A DNA stretch of 59,357 bases from an uncultured Ignavibacteriaceae bacterium (GTDB lineage: Bacteria > Zixibacteria > MSB-5A5 > GN15 > PGXB01). Each line of letters starts with the position of its first letter. Position 1 is the first letter of the stretch. This document shows, piece by piece, positions 28,031-39,800 of the stretch. A program made the position numbers and the translations under genes. The notes beneath the pieces were generated by a model. It was not told the origin of the DNA and made no database searches. It was given only the letters and a program-made list of their open reading frames with translations. The DNA is taken from NCBI GenBank assembly GCA_964569945.1, contig CAZMWI010000001.1, positions 23,565-82,921 of the forward strand. Reading direction: 5' to 3'.

Positions 28031-28902
28031 TGTTAATGAATAAGCATAAAATGTATGTTATTTTATTTTCGGCATTAATCGCAGTATTTGTTTTGGCGAA
28101 TTCATGCTCTAATCCGACGGTTTATAACTCATCATATTACGACCAAATTAAGCTTTTTCTGAGTGATCCCGGTGAAGGAAGCGAATTGTTCACGACAGAC
28201 CTGTATACCGATAAGCCGTTTGAACGCGACGGTTCATCGAATAAATATTATTACGCATTCGATTCCGTCATTTCGCGTACAGACATAACAATTGACAGTG
28301 GTACGCACGAAGTCCCTCCGTATTCCGGTGTTCATACAGCCTGGGCCGAAATAAAAAATGCGTATTTCGGGCAAATAATGCGAATTGATATCGGCGGAGA
28401 AACGACCCATGCTTATGATTATCAGTCTATCGTCACGCGAAAAGCGTTTTTTATTAAAATATTCAACGACGGTTATCAGTATCATGGATGGAGATTCTGG
28501 GGATTTAACAGCCCCGGCAATAATTTCGGCGCAGCCAGGACATTAAATGACGGTCACTATCAAACATCGCTTGATGGTCAAGGTATGAATCGAGAATATC
28601 TGCTTTATGATACTCTGGGAATATATGATATAGGGGACAGCCTGACGTATGCCAGCAATGATGACGACGTTATTTTTGTCCGAATAGATTCATCCACGAT
28701 ACGCGGTTTGAGAACGAAATCTTCCGCCGGACGATATAAAACCGGCTGGAGAATCGGCAATACGGCGGATCCCTTCAATCGCCTCATTTTTATCGAAACG
28801 CCGGTTGATTATGACGTCGATACCACAAGCGAGGACCCGTTAATCGTGGATACGACGAAAATTTACTCGTATGGTTACGTTGCCTTTTATAAAGCCAAAT
28901 AA
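28030..28902 (+). CDS. Hypothetical lipoprotein
   Basis: Has a lipobox-type signal (VFVLANSC). The ATG shares one base with the uvrB TGA. I recognise no family. Confidence 0.6.
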   Translation: MLMNKHKMYVILFSALIAVFVLANSCSNPTVYNSSYYDQIKLFLSDPGEGSELFTTDLYTDKPFERDGSSNKYYYAFDSVISRTDITIDSGTHEVPPYSGVHTAWAEIKNAYFGQIMRIDIGGETTHAYDYQSIVTRKAFFIKIFNDGYQYHGWRFWGFNSPGNNFGAARTLNDGHYQTSLDGQGMNREYLLYDTLGIYDIGDSLTYASNDDDVIFVRIDSSTIRGLRTKSSAGRYKTGWRIGNTADPFNRLIFIETPVDYDVDTTSEDPLIVDTTKIYSYGYVAFYKAK

Positions 28903-28996
28903 ATTGTTTGAATTTTCTTCTTGAATTCGAAGTAATCCGGTCATAACATACTTCTATTAAAACGGAAGTTAATTTAATCTTAGACAAGGAGGAGTT

Positions 28997-29812
28997 ATGT
29001 CCGCGAATCATCGCAAATTCCTGTTGGCATTTTTATTGGTTGTGATCGCCTCCGGGCTGGTCGGGTGCGGGACTCAGATACCGTCGGGTTATCGCGGGGT
29101 CTTTTATTCGAAATTTGGAGACGGCACCCAAATGGGTAAGATCTACCCCGAGGGTTTCAACTGGCATATGCCGTGGAATTCCATGTTCGTCTATAAGATT
29201 CAGCTCGAGGAGGGGAAGGAAAATCTCGTCGTCCTTTCTTCCGACGGAGCCACGATCGGACTGGATGTATCAGTTTGGTATCGACCGGATCCAGCCAAGC
29301 TCGATTCTTTGCAGATAACGCTGGGCCCGAATTATTTCAACATTGCTGTCGCTCCGGCTTTGAGAGGAGTGGCGCGAACAGTGGTTGGGAAGTTCAAACC
29401 TGAAGAAATATATTCTACCAAACGGGAAGTTATCAATGACGAAGTATTGACAGCCATGCAGGATCTGTTATCGAAGAAATTTATTATTTGCGAAAATATC
29501 ATAATCCGGGATATAAATCTCCCATCAAAAATCTCTGACGCCATCAACGCCAAACTGTCGGCGGACCAGGATGCCCAGAAAATGGTATTCGTTTTGCAAA
29601 AAGAAAAACAGGAGGCCGAACGAAAAAGGATTGAGGCCCAGGGTATCGCCGACTTCCAGAAAATCGTGGCATCCGGCGTTACCAAATCATTATTGACCTG
29701 GAAGGGTATAGAGGCAACCGAAAAGCTTGCCGAATCGCCCAATACGAAAATCGTCGTTATCGGAAATTCCAAAGATGGGTTACCCATCATTCTCGGTGGA
29801 AGTGAGCAATAA
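28997..29812 (+). CDS. SPFH/band-7 (prohibitin-like) domain lipoprotein
   Basis: Has a signal sequence with LVGCG. The SPFH core reads GYRGVFYSKFGDG...VLSSDGATIGLDVSVWYRP...REVINDEV and is followed by a coiled-coil QKEKQEAERKRIEAQGIADFQ. Confidence 0.82.
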   Translation: MSANHRKFLLAFLLVVIASGLVGCGTQIPSGYRGVFYSKFGDGTQMGKIYPEGFNWHMPWNSMFVYKIQLEEGKENLVVLSSDGATIGLDVSVWYRPDPAKLDSLQITLGPNYFNIAVAPALRGVARTVVGKFKPEEIYSTKREVINDEVLTAMQDLLSKKFIICENIIIRDINLPSKISDAINAKLSADQDAQKMVFVLQKEKQEAERKRIEAQGIADFQKIVASGVTKSLLTWKGIEATEKLAESPNTKIVVIGNSKDGLPIILGGSEQ

Positions 29813-29829
29813 GATTATTTGAATTCACA

Positions 29830-29853
29830 GGGCCGCTCTTTCAAAGGCGGCCC
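29830..29853. terminator. Possible hairpin terminator between convergent genes
   Basis: A 7-bp GC stem, GGGCCGC (29830-29836) pairing with GCGGCCC (29847-29853), with a 10-nt loop. There is no clear T-tract. Confidence 0.3.
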
Positions 29854-29867
29854 GGTACTTTCAGATA

Positions 29868-32800
29868 TTATTTTAGCAGAAGCATTTTTCTGCTTCGCAC
29901 TTTGTCACCGGCGGATATCCGGTAGAAATATATGCCCGAGGCCGCTTCATTTCCGTGATTATCGCGGCCGTTCCATTGGATCGAATGATTTCCCGCCTTT
30001 TGGAATTCATCGACAAGTTTTATAACGCGTCGACCGAGTATGTTGTAAATATCGATTTGCACGTCGGCCGAACGCGGGAGCGAATATGTGATAGTTGTAG
30101 TCGGGTTAAATGGGTTGGGATAGTTCTGGTGCAGCACGAATCGGTCGGGAATTATTTTCGAAGGATCATCGACGCCGGTTGGATGATCGTCCATTATGGC
30201 GGAAAATAGAGCGGCGCTCTGGGAGCGGGGAAGGTACCACGGATGAAAACCAAAAGCGTAAATCGGGCGACCGTAGGCATTGAACCTGATGCCGCAGGGA
30301 AATCCCTCGAACAATGAAGTCTGCGGCGATACGGCCTCGTACGTGTATATAGCTTCCGCTCCGCCGCGCGGGTACATGACCGCCGTTTGCGGGGGAGTGG
30401 CATAGGGCCAGAAAGTCGTCTGCTGAGCAGGGAAATTCCACCAATCGTAAGTCGTGTCAACCTGCAGGTTATCGAAGGCCGTTGTTAGCGCCGTCGTACC
30501 GACAAAGCCGCCGATAGTATCGACGCCATTGCCGATCATATGATTGAAATACAGTCCAACGCCGTTAGTGAACACCGAATCCAGCCCGAAAAGGTCGTAT
30601 TCTTTCGAGCCCGGGCTGAAGCGCCGTGTTAACGTATCAAGACCGTATGGAACAACGGCGTTCGCGAAATTTCCGAAATAGATAACTGTCCCGCCGGAGC
30701 GGATATAATCCCGGAGTATTTTATTAAACGGCACTATGAAATTGTACCGGTCGATAATCGGCTTCAGGAGATTTTCGTCGATAACGACGAATCTGTACGG
30801 CGCCATCGCCGACCATGAAAAACATTCTTTGTTGAGACATACGTCGTGACATCCGTCATTATCGCAAATGTACCCCTGAGCAGAGTCGGCCATAATGAAA
30901 TAGTCAACGGTAAAATCGGATAGAACGTCGTTGTAATAGTTTATCACCGTATCGATCGATTCTAAATTCCGGTCGTCACCGGTATTTTCGAGCAGAATTA
31001 AAATATCGTTGGGCATGTAGCTGGTGGCATATATCGGAATCGATCTCGACGTGTCCGACTCCTGCCCGGCGTCGTCGACGGCCGTCACCAGGTAGTACAA
31101 TTCGGCGTCGGTAATCGGGTCGGTTAAAATTGTATCCGGCGCAGAAACCTGTGCGTACGGTGCCACGCCGTAAAAATAATATCGGGCAGTGTCATCCCCG
31201 TTAACTATCACGTGCAGACTGTCGTACGGACGCCCGTCGATGGGTCGGGTCGTAATGCGGGGTTTGTATCTTAACGAATAATCGTAGGCGCCTATATATC
31301 GATAGATATTGTAATGATCGATGTCGTCCAGCGGGGGCGGGGTCCAGTGTATAGTAACCTCATCGACATTGCCGATATAGGTCGGGCCGGGTTGAGTCAC
31401 CGGGGCCTCGGGAGTGCCGGGTGTGAAATATCGGGGCCGCGACCGGGGCGATTCCGAAAAGAAATTGACGGCCGTAACCGAGACGAAATAAGTCTGACCG
31501 TCTGTCAGCCCGTCTAAAGCATATGAGGTGTCCGTAACCGGACCGTTGGTGTTGGCCAGTGTCATGCCGGCTGTGTCGACGTCGTAGCGATAGACGGTAT
31601 CCCTGAATATAACCTGGCTGTCCGGTACCGGTTTGATATAGACATTGTATCCTTCGATATCGACGTTGTTTTTGGGCAGCCACGAAATTTCGGCCGACGT
31701 CTGTCCGGTTTCGGTGATTTGCAGCCCCTGGATTTCGCCGGGCCGCAGGGCCAGGGCGTAATCTGATTCATAAAGCAGCCGGGCCGCCCGGAAATTTTCG
31801 ATCAGGTCGCTGAAATCGAGCGTGCCGTAAAAATTGGCCGGATTTTGGTAGTCAAAGCGGTTATGATAATCCCAGGGATTCTGGTGAACATCCCGCCCGG
31901 CTGTAAAAGCCACAACGACATGGACCGAGTCGCCGGGTGCAATCTGGTAGGGGCCGTACCCGATTACGAATCTGGTATCAATGCCTATGGCCAAAGTTGG
32001 GCCGCTTGTTCCTGCAGGAAGCCAGCCCGAATCGGAATTAATAACGGCCGCAAACATCTGATCATAGTCGATTTCATCGTTAGACATTAAATAATATCTG
32101 TCGTTGGCGTTGATAGGATTGCCCAGTTCGCCGTCGGCCATATAACGCGGCTCCTGAGGAGGGTTCCCAAGATACTGGGGGCCGTAATTGGGCGAGATTC
32201 GATCCCACCAATTGAACGATGTGTCGGCCGCGGGCGGGTCGGAATAAACCAGACCGGCTCCGATGGCGCCGCGGATACTGTTGTCATCCCACGAAACATT
32301 GTTATGCGGGTCGCCGTCGTTATCCATAATATACGCTATCCCCTCAGAACGGATGTACCCGGCCAAATCATCAGAATATCCAAGAGGAGTGTTGCTGTCC
32401 ATTACATCCGCATCGACATACAGCCCCACATATGCATCCTGGATCGGAGCCTCACCGATATTGGTTATTTCCAGTTCCACAAGTATGAAATTATCATTTG
32501 GGGAATATGTCCAGCTTCTGGATGTTTCCGTAACGTGGATGCTGTTTAACTTGCGGAAATCCGGCTCCTGCCAGACCGGCGGGGGGAAGTTGTCATCGTA
32601 TTCGGCCTTAAACTGCTTGTCTCCCGGTCCACTGACCAATGTTACCGATCCACCGCTGTCGACCGGCAGATAATGACTACCGCTGTAATATGCATCGGAC
32701 ATACCCATCGAGACAAGGGTGTCACCATTGATAACCCCACCTACCCAGAGCCCGGCCCCCCAAAGGTATGAATGCCTGCTGCCTCTCGGGAAAGTGAAGG

Positions 32801-33089
32801 TTCTCAGTGCCCGGCCGGTTTCAGGATCAATGCTTATTGACATATTCGATCCGCCGAAATTCCCGACACTCGTAACCGTCATCTCGACCCCACCGATGGA
32901 ATGAAATCCGACCGGTTGCGGCCAATGTGTATCGTTTTGATTGGCCGAAAGCGACGTCTGTGGCATGCCGCGGTTTTCGGCTTCTTCATAAGGGCCAACA
33001 TTGCCGCTTATGGCTTCAACCCGTGCTGCAAACACCAACAAAACGATGCATATTATACCAACAAAAGGAAGATAGCGAATAACCTTCAA
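29868..33089 (-). CDS. Large secreted protein with fibronectin-III-like modules and a T9SS type-A C-terminal sorting domain; function unknown
   Basis: A 1073-aa protein with signal peptide VGIICIVLLVFAARVEA. FN3-like segments include GLQITETGQTSAEISWLPKNNVDIEGYNVYIKP and VTIHWTPPPLDDIDHYNIYRY. The C-terminal tail is LHQNYPNPFNPTTTITYSL...SGIYFYRISAGDKVRSRKMLLLK. Confidence 0.85.
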   Translation of the reverse strand: MKVIRYLPFVGIICIVLLVFAARVEAISGNVGPYEEAENRGMPQTSLSANQNDTHWPQPVGFHSIGGVEMTVTSVGNFGGSNMSISIDPETGRALRTFTFPRGSRHSYLWGAGLWVGGVINGDTLVSMGMSDAYYSGSHYLPVDSGGSVTLVSGPGDKQFKAEYDDNFPPPVWQEPDFRKLNSIHVTETSRSWTYSPNDNFILVELEITNIGEAPIQDAYVGLYVDADVMDSNTPLGYSDDLAGYIRSEGIAYIMDNDGDPHNNVSWDDNSIRGAIGAGLVYSDPPAADTSFNWWDRISPNYGPQYLGNPPQEPRYMADGELGNPINANDRYYLMSNDEIDYDQMFAAVINSDSGWLPAGTSGPTLAIGIDTRFVIGYGPYQIAPGDSVHVVVAFTAGRDVHQNPWDYHNRFDYQNPANFYGTLDFSDLIENFRAARLLYESDYALALRPGEIQGLQITETGQTSAEISWLPKNNVDIEGYNVYIKPVPDSQVIFRDTVYRYDVDTAGMTLANTNGPVTDTSYALDGLTDGQTYFVSVTAVNFFSESPRSRPRYFTPGTPEAPVTQPGPTYIGNVDEVTIHWTPPPLDDIDHYNIYRYIGAYDYSLRYKPRITTRPIDGRPYDSLHVIVNGDDTARYYFYGVAPYAQVSAPDTILTDPITDAELYYLVTAVDDAGQESDTSRSIPIYATSYMPNDILILLENTGDDRNLESIDTVINYYNDVLSDFTVDYFIMADSAQGYICDNDGCHDVCLNKECFSWSAMAPYRFVVIDENLLKPIIDRYNFIVPFNKILRDYIRSGGTVIYFGNFANAVVPYGLDTLTRRFSPGSKEYDLFGLDSVFTNGVGLYFNHMIGNGVDTIGGFVGTTALTTAFDNLQVDTTYDWWNFPAQQTTFWPYATPPQTAVMYPRGGAEAIYTYEAVSPQTSLFEGFPCGIRFNAYGRPIYAFGFHPWYLPRSQSAALFSAIMDDHPTGVDDPSKIIPDRFVLHQNYPNPFNPTTTITYSLPRSADVQIDIYNILGRRVIKLVDEFQKAGNHSIQWNGRDNHGNEAASGIYFYRISAGDKVRSRKMLLLK
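29871..30140 (-). other. T9SS type-A (Por secretion) C-terminal sorting domain
   Basis: The NYPNPFNP...G.Y.YR......K(M/L)..(L)K pattern covers the last ~90 aa. Confidence 0.8.
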
Positions 33090-33610
33090 TGGCCGCCCTC
33101 CTGCTTCGGGTTTGGGCTGTCAGCATTTAACCGAGTAACTTTAAGATAAATGCAACCAGTCTATTTTCAAAGGGTCTTCTGGTAGGACGATTTAACCATA
33201 GAAATCGTTTAAATTGCACCATGTTGAAAAGCTTTGCATAAAAGCAGAATTGGCGTTTTGCGGAAATCCTGTATGAAAAAATACTTTCTTAACTATATTA
33301 TAGAAGCTGGTACACCCTTATTGTATGTTTATTGTAGTTATATTATTGCGGCATAGCCACATACGATGCATGCTTAAAGTGTGCGTTGATGTGATGCGCA
33401 TGCTATTGGCTGGTATTCAGGCAGTTACAAATATACAAAATCCAAATTTTGTGGGGGGCAAGGAAATTGCAGCATAGCTAAGCGAGCAATTTTTGAAAGC
33501 GAGTAGGGCATTTGATCAACAGCTTTAGCAATAGAATATGAGAAAGGTTTGCGGTTGCCTAATTGGTTGAGTGCTAACGTATTGCTAATAATTGTAAGCG
33601 CAATTATGGC

Positions 33611-33638
33611 TTGACAATAACCGTTTTGAGGATATATT
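33611..33638 (+). promoter_or_regulatory. Candidate sigma70-type promoter for the giant adhesin-like gene
   Basis: TTGACA (33611-33616), 16-nt spacer, TATATT (33633-33638). This implies a 5' leader of about 190 nt before the ATG at 33832. Confidence 0.4.
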
Positions 33639-33831
33639 AAAGTGACTTTCTTTAGTTTACTACGTACTGGTACTTGCGAGTTAAATGCCTCATCGAGATT
33701 TAGAATCGGGCAAGTGAGAACACATTTGCAAAGACATGGTTTTCTACCCGAGAGAGGAACGTCAATGTTACGATATAATGGCGCGAAACTCTGTACCGGC
33801 ACTTTTCCACAAATATGTTTCTGGAGGAAAA

Positions 33832-36800
33832 ATGCGTTTGAATAGGCATTTGCATTCTATAGCACTCATTTTCGCCATATCCTTATTCGCCTTACCCTCA
33901 CTAACCTTAGCGGAAACGCCCCCCGTCGGGCCCATTTTTGAACCAATTGTCACGCCGGATACGATACTGATTTGCAGCGGGGGGACTATATTCGACACGG
34001 TGCGTGTAACCGATGCCAACCTGACCCAGACGATTACCATCACCAAGGAATCCGGGCCGGGGACATTCAACTCCACGCCGTCGGTGTCTCCTGCGGAAGG
34101 GTACTTTGAATATACTCCGGAGACGACCGGCAGCTTCGACGTCGTATACAAAGCCGTTACGACCGACGGGAGCTTCGTCGAAGTAACCAAGACCTATGTT
34201 GTGATGGAAAACGTCCCGCCTCAGATTTTATCGGGCGATGCGACATTCTACAAGTGCTGGACCGGTACCGTAGTTTTGTTCCCTCTGGAGATGTACGATC
34301 CGGACAGCGACAGCCTTACGGTTAACGTATTGGAAGGCGGGGCATGGTATGATTATCAGCGTAAGGGCCTGGCCTTTTACGTCCAGAATGCCGGCGTTTA
34401 TTGTTTCAAGATTGAAGTCGCCGATGAATGCAGCGCTGATACGGCCGATATATGCCTGACGCTCGAAGACAACGATCCTCCTTATATCAACGGATTTACG
34501 CAAAAATATTATGTCTGCTCAGGTGAAGAGATCTGCTTTGACGTGAACGCGATCGACCCCGAAAATGACAGCCTGGTAATAACGCAGATTCAGGGACCGG
34601 GTACGTTTACCCAGATTGATAATAATACAGGGCGGAGCTGTTTTTATCCTGACGCGGCCGACTCGGCCGATTATGTGTTCGTTTATGAGTCCGCCGACTC
34701 CTGCCGGGGCGCTTTCGCTGACGGTAAGACGGCCTGGCCGCCGGGTCCACAGGACACGGTTATCATTACGGTCATTCAAACTCAGGGTTTGACTCTGGAC
34801 TGCCCCAATGATACGACTATAAATCTGTGCGAGCCACAGACGGTCTGTATCCCCATTGGTGATGTGCCGTCCAATGCCACGATAACTCTGACCCCCGAAA
34901 ATGTCACTTTCGACGACGTCAACGATGCCGTCTGTTTTGACGCAACCACGACTGAGTCGATTTCCATAAAATTTGTTGCTGAGAACAGCTGCGGGAAAGA
35001 CAGCTGCGAATTCAACGTCGATGTCAACATGAACTCGGCGCCGTACGTAACTTTCGGCGACGATTTCCAGGTTACGCAGTGTACTCCTGAAGAGATTTGT
35101 GTCCCGGTGGATTTTGGTGACGCCGATGGCAACGCCACCATAACTCAAATTCTTCCCGATGGTGCGTATTATAACGAACAGGATAACACGGTTTGCTTTA
35201 CGCCCACCGAATCCGGAGATTACACTGTCTCGATGACAGTAACCGATGATTGCCAGATTTCCGCTTCTGACGAAATAGTCGTAACGATTGACCTGGGACA
35301 CGCGCCGGTTGTTATATCGTCGCCCGACAGTTCTGTATTTCTGTGTGATCCGGTTCAGGTCTGTTTCCCGGTTTCGGTAACCGATCTCGATAATAACATC
35401 GCCAAAATCGATGTCATCGGTGCCGGCACTTACAGTAATGGGTACGTATGCTTTGCGGCGAATTTGCCCGGTATATATCAATTTTTTATAAAAGCAACCG
35501 ATGCATGCGGCGCAACTGATATTGATTCGACCACTATAACGGTTACACTTAATAGACCGCCTTCCATAACGGCTCCCGAAGATTACACCGTATTTCAGTG
35601 CCAGTATGAGGAAATTTGCTTCGACGTTGGATTTAGCGATCCGGATAATAATATAAAAATGGCGTCGGTTAGCGCCGGCACGTATGATGCGAACGCCGGT
35701 ACGGTCTGCTTTACGCCGACTCACGACGGTGATTATGCTTTCGATCTGGTCGTGACCGATTCTTGCTACGAGACGGCCTCGAAGACCGTCACCGTAACGG
35801 TACAGTCGGGCGATACGGCCGCGATAACTTGTCCGGACGGGGAGATATATAAGAACCTGTGCGGAGCCGGCACGATTTGTTACGATCTGCCGATAATGCC
35901 GTCCAACGCAACGGTCACCGTAGACGGCAGCGGTGCGGAATATGTCGATGGGCAAATTTGTTTCGATGTCACCGAATCAGGGACGTACGTGGTTGATGTA
36001 ACCGCCGAATCAGATTGCGGTACTGATCAATGCCAGTTGACTTTCGTGGTCGATGTCGGCACGCCTCCCGGGGTTGTTTGTCCCGACGACCAGACGGTAT
36101 CGATTTGCGAACCGGGTCTGGTTTGCCTTCCGTTGACCGTAGAACCGGCCGGAGCCCAGGTGACAGTTACACCGTCGGGTTATTACGAAAACGGCCAGAT
36201 TTGTTTTACGGCCGATCAATCCGGTGATTATCAGTTCAATGTAACAGCGACCACGGATTGCGGAGAGGCTTCGTGCTCTTTCACGGCCACGGTTAATATT
36301 AATTCCGCCCCCGAGATAACGACCACGGGTGGTGAATTTTTCGACTGCAATCCGGGACAGGAACATACAGTGACGATAGCCGCGTCCGATGCGGATAATG
36401 ATGATATTACATACAGCCTGCTTTCAGGCGATGGTACTCTTGACCCTGTCTCCGGGCAGTTAACCTTTACGCCTCAAATTGCGGGTGAATATTGTTTTAC
36501 GATAGAAGCCGCCGACCAGTGCGGTGCCGATACTGCCGAAGTTTGTTACACTATCGGTCTGAATTCTCTGCCGACGGTTTCCGCACCGGCCGATACGTCG
36601 GTTATCGCGTGTTCCGTGAGTGAAATTTGCATTCCGGTCGAAGTCGCCGACGTCGACGATAACATCTCATCGATAGACGTTTCCGCCGGCATTTACAATA
36701 ACGGTGAAATCTGTTTCTCGCCGCCGGGATCTGGTATTTATGATATCACGATTACGGTAACTGACGATTGCGGCGAACAGGCGACGTCCACGACGGTCGT

Positions 36801-39800
36801 GACGGTCGATGTCAGCGAAGTGATGAATCTGGAATGCCCGGGCAATGATATAGCTTTTATTTGTGAGCCCGATACTTTCTGTTATCCGATCGGCGGCATC
36901 CCGACCGGCGCCACGGTAACGGTTTCGCCGTCGTCGGCCTGGTTCGATTATGAAACCAGTTCGGTTTGCTTCTACACAAACTGTACCGTGGTAAAAAACT
37001 TGAAAGTCGTAGTTCAGGGAGAATGCAGTACCGACAGCTGCATGTTTACTTCTATGGTCGGCTTGAACCGCGCGCCGTTGGTTATCAGTGCTCCCGATAC
37101 AACCGTGCGGTTATGCCTGCCTCAGGAAATTTGTGTCTCGGTCGGCGTCATGGATTTTGACGGCAACGGTGATACGGTCGTAGTATCGGATGGGGCCGCG
37201 TATAATTCAATAACCGGCAAGGTTTGTTTCACTCCGACAGAATCGGGAGTATATCCAATAATTACCCGCGCCATTGACCAGTGCGGTTTGTATGACGACG
37301 ACACGACGATCGTGACCGTTATTATGAATGAACCTCCCGTCGTCAATGCCGGTGACGATTTCAGCGTCTTCCAGTGTGATTTCGAGCAGGTATGCTTCCC
37401 CGTGGATATCACCGACGACAATAACGCCATCACGAGCGTTACGGTATCGTCGGGCGGGCATTATGATGAGCAAACCGGTGAGGTTTGTTTCACGCCCGAT
37501 CATGAAGGGGTCTACACTATTACGATTACGGCTTACGACGCCTGCGGCGAAGTCGCCAGTGACGCGATTAACGTGACCGTAACGAAGAACGCGCCGCCGG
37601 TTGTAGTTTCGGCTCCTGACAGCAGCTTGCTTGTCTGCGCCCTGCAGGAAATATGTTTCGCCGTGGACGTTTCCGATATTAACGGGAATATCGATACTGT
37701 CACCGTAAACAATGGCGGCGTTTATGCCGACGGTTTGGTGTGCTTCACCCCGGCGACAGCCGGAACCTATTATATGATTATTACCGCCACAGATGAATGT
37801 GGTGCCGTTGATAAAGATACTACGAAGATCGTGGTCAAACTGAATTCCGCTCCGGAGATACAATCAGCGGCGGACTTCGAAGAATTCCAGTGCGATTTCG
37901 ATCAAATTTGTTTTGCCGTATCGGCTTCAGACATGGACGGCAACCTGGCTTCGATTACGACCGATGTCGGTATTTATGACTCGCAGTCAGGACTTATTTG
38001 TTTCACTCCCGACAGCGCGGGTGTGTATATCATCACCGCCACCGCGACCGATGAATGCGGCTTGATGGCGACGTCGACGACTACCGTCACCGTGACGACC
38101 GGGCCGAGCGCTTCCATAACCTGCCCGACCGAACCGTTCGACCGTTTCATTTGTCAGGAACAGGAAGTCTGTGTCCCGCTAGAAATCACTCCGCCCGACG
38201 CCGAGGTAACGGTATCGCAGGGAACATTTGCCGACGGGCAATTGTGTCTTACGGTATCGGAACAAAAGGTCTACACTGTCCGGGTTATTGCCGACGCCGT
38301 TTGCGGCAGCGATACCTGTTTTGTCGATATAAATGTCACCCTTGGCGCTCCGGCCCAGCTGACCTGCCCGGCCGATACTTCGGTCTTCCTTTGTGAACCG
38401 TCGCAGATTTGTCGTACGGTTGGCGTCATGCCTCCCGAAGCGAGCGTCACGGTTTCGCCGATCGGCACATATGAAAACGGAACGGTCTGCTTCGACGCCG
38501 ATACCGCCGGTCATTATGAAATTACCGTCTCGGCCGATATGGAATGCGGGTCAGATGAATGCACCTTTGCGGTCGACGTGGCGTTCAACTCGGCTCCCAC
38601 GGTCGATGCGGGGCAGGATAATTCTTACTTCCAATGTACTTTTGAAGAAATTTGTCAACCGGTTACGATTGCGGATATAGACGACAATATCGAACAGGTG
38701 CTCGTTTCGCCGACCGGTTATTATAATTCGGAAACCGGCAACGTATGCTTCACGCCTGAAGACGTCGGTGAGTACTGCCTTGAAATCAAAGCTATCGACG
38801 AGTGCGGACTCAGCGCGACCGATACGATTTGCATTGAAGTCACAACCGGCGATACCGCATTAATAGATTGCCCGGCGCAGCCGTACGAAGTCCATCTTTG
38901 CGAGCCGGGGGACATTTGTATACCGTTCAATTTCACTCCCGAGACGGCCGTGATTTCTGTCTCAATGGGTACATATTCCAACGGCCAGATATGCTTCAAT
39001 GCGCAAGCCGAGGGTGAATACAATATCCGGGCGATAGCCGCCGGTACCTGCGCGTCGGATACCTGTGACATAACGGTCAACGTGGTTTTCGATGACTATG
39101 CCGAGATTACCTGTCCGACCCTACCGATATCGTCCACCCTTTGTGGACCGGACTCCGTCTATGTGCCTCTGTTTATCAATCCCCCGGGAGTGCAGGTGGT
39201 TATAACTCCGGACGCCGTATACAACGGAACCAATCATACCCTGGCTTTTAAGGCCAATGAGAGCGGTACATTCAATTTCAAAGTGATCGCGACGGCCCCG
39301 TGCAGCGCCGATACCTGCAATATCCAGGTTAACGTCCTGATCAACAGCATCCCCGAGTTAACCTGTCCGGGTGACATCGATACGCTGGTTTGCCTGCAAG
39401 ACGTCGATGAGATTTGTTTCCCGGTTACGGCTACCGGTTCGGGATTGACGTTTAAGATTCTGCCCGAGGGGACTTACAGCGGGGGACAGGTTTGCGTACC
39501 GATCACACAGGGAGGAAGTTTCGATTTCAAGATCATCGCGACCAACACGTGCGGCGCCGATACGTGCAACATGAACATTAACGTAGCCGCCAATCAGGCT
39601 CCCGATTTCACGGTTCCGGAAGAGGTACTCATACCCTGGTGCGAGGATGACCAGGGCACTATTTGTGTCGACGGCATTTTTGCGAGCGATCCTGAAAATG
39701 ACGATATAACCATCACTCAAACCTGCGGCCTTGGCCTGCTGGATCTCATTCGGCCCGACAGTGGTCAACTCTGTTTCGATCCGACCACGTTTGATACGAC

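Noticed and set aside
33425-33802. A 125-aa minus-strand ORF inside the long intergenic region
   Set aside because: It has no Shine-Dalgarno sequence. It overlaps the candidate promoter and leader of the giant gene. Its sequence is Cys/Pro/Leu-rich without domain character, and the AT-rich DNA looks non-coding.
34519-35955. A 478-aa ORF antisense to the giant modular gene, plus several shorter antisense ORFs through 33.7-41 kb
   Set aside because: It is Arg/Ile/Gly/Asn-rich with no motifs. The sense frame is continuously open for 7.5 kb with repeated conserved modules. Long antisense ORFs are expected opposite Thr/Asp/Val/Cys-rich coding sequence.
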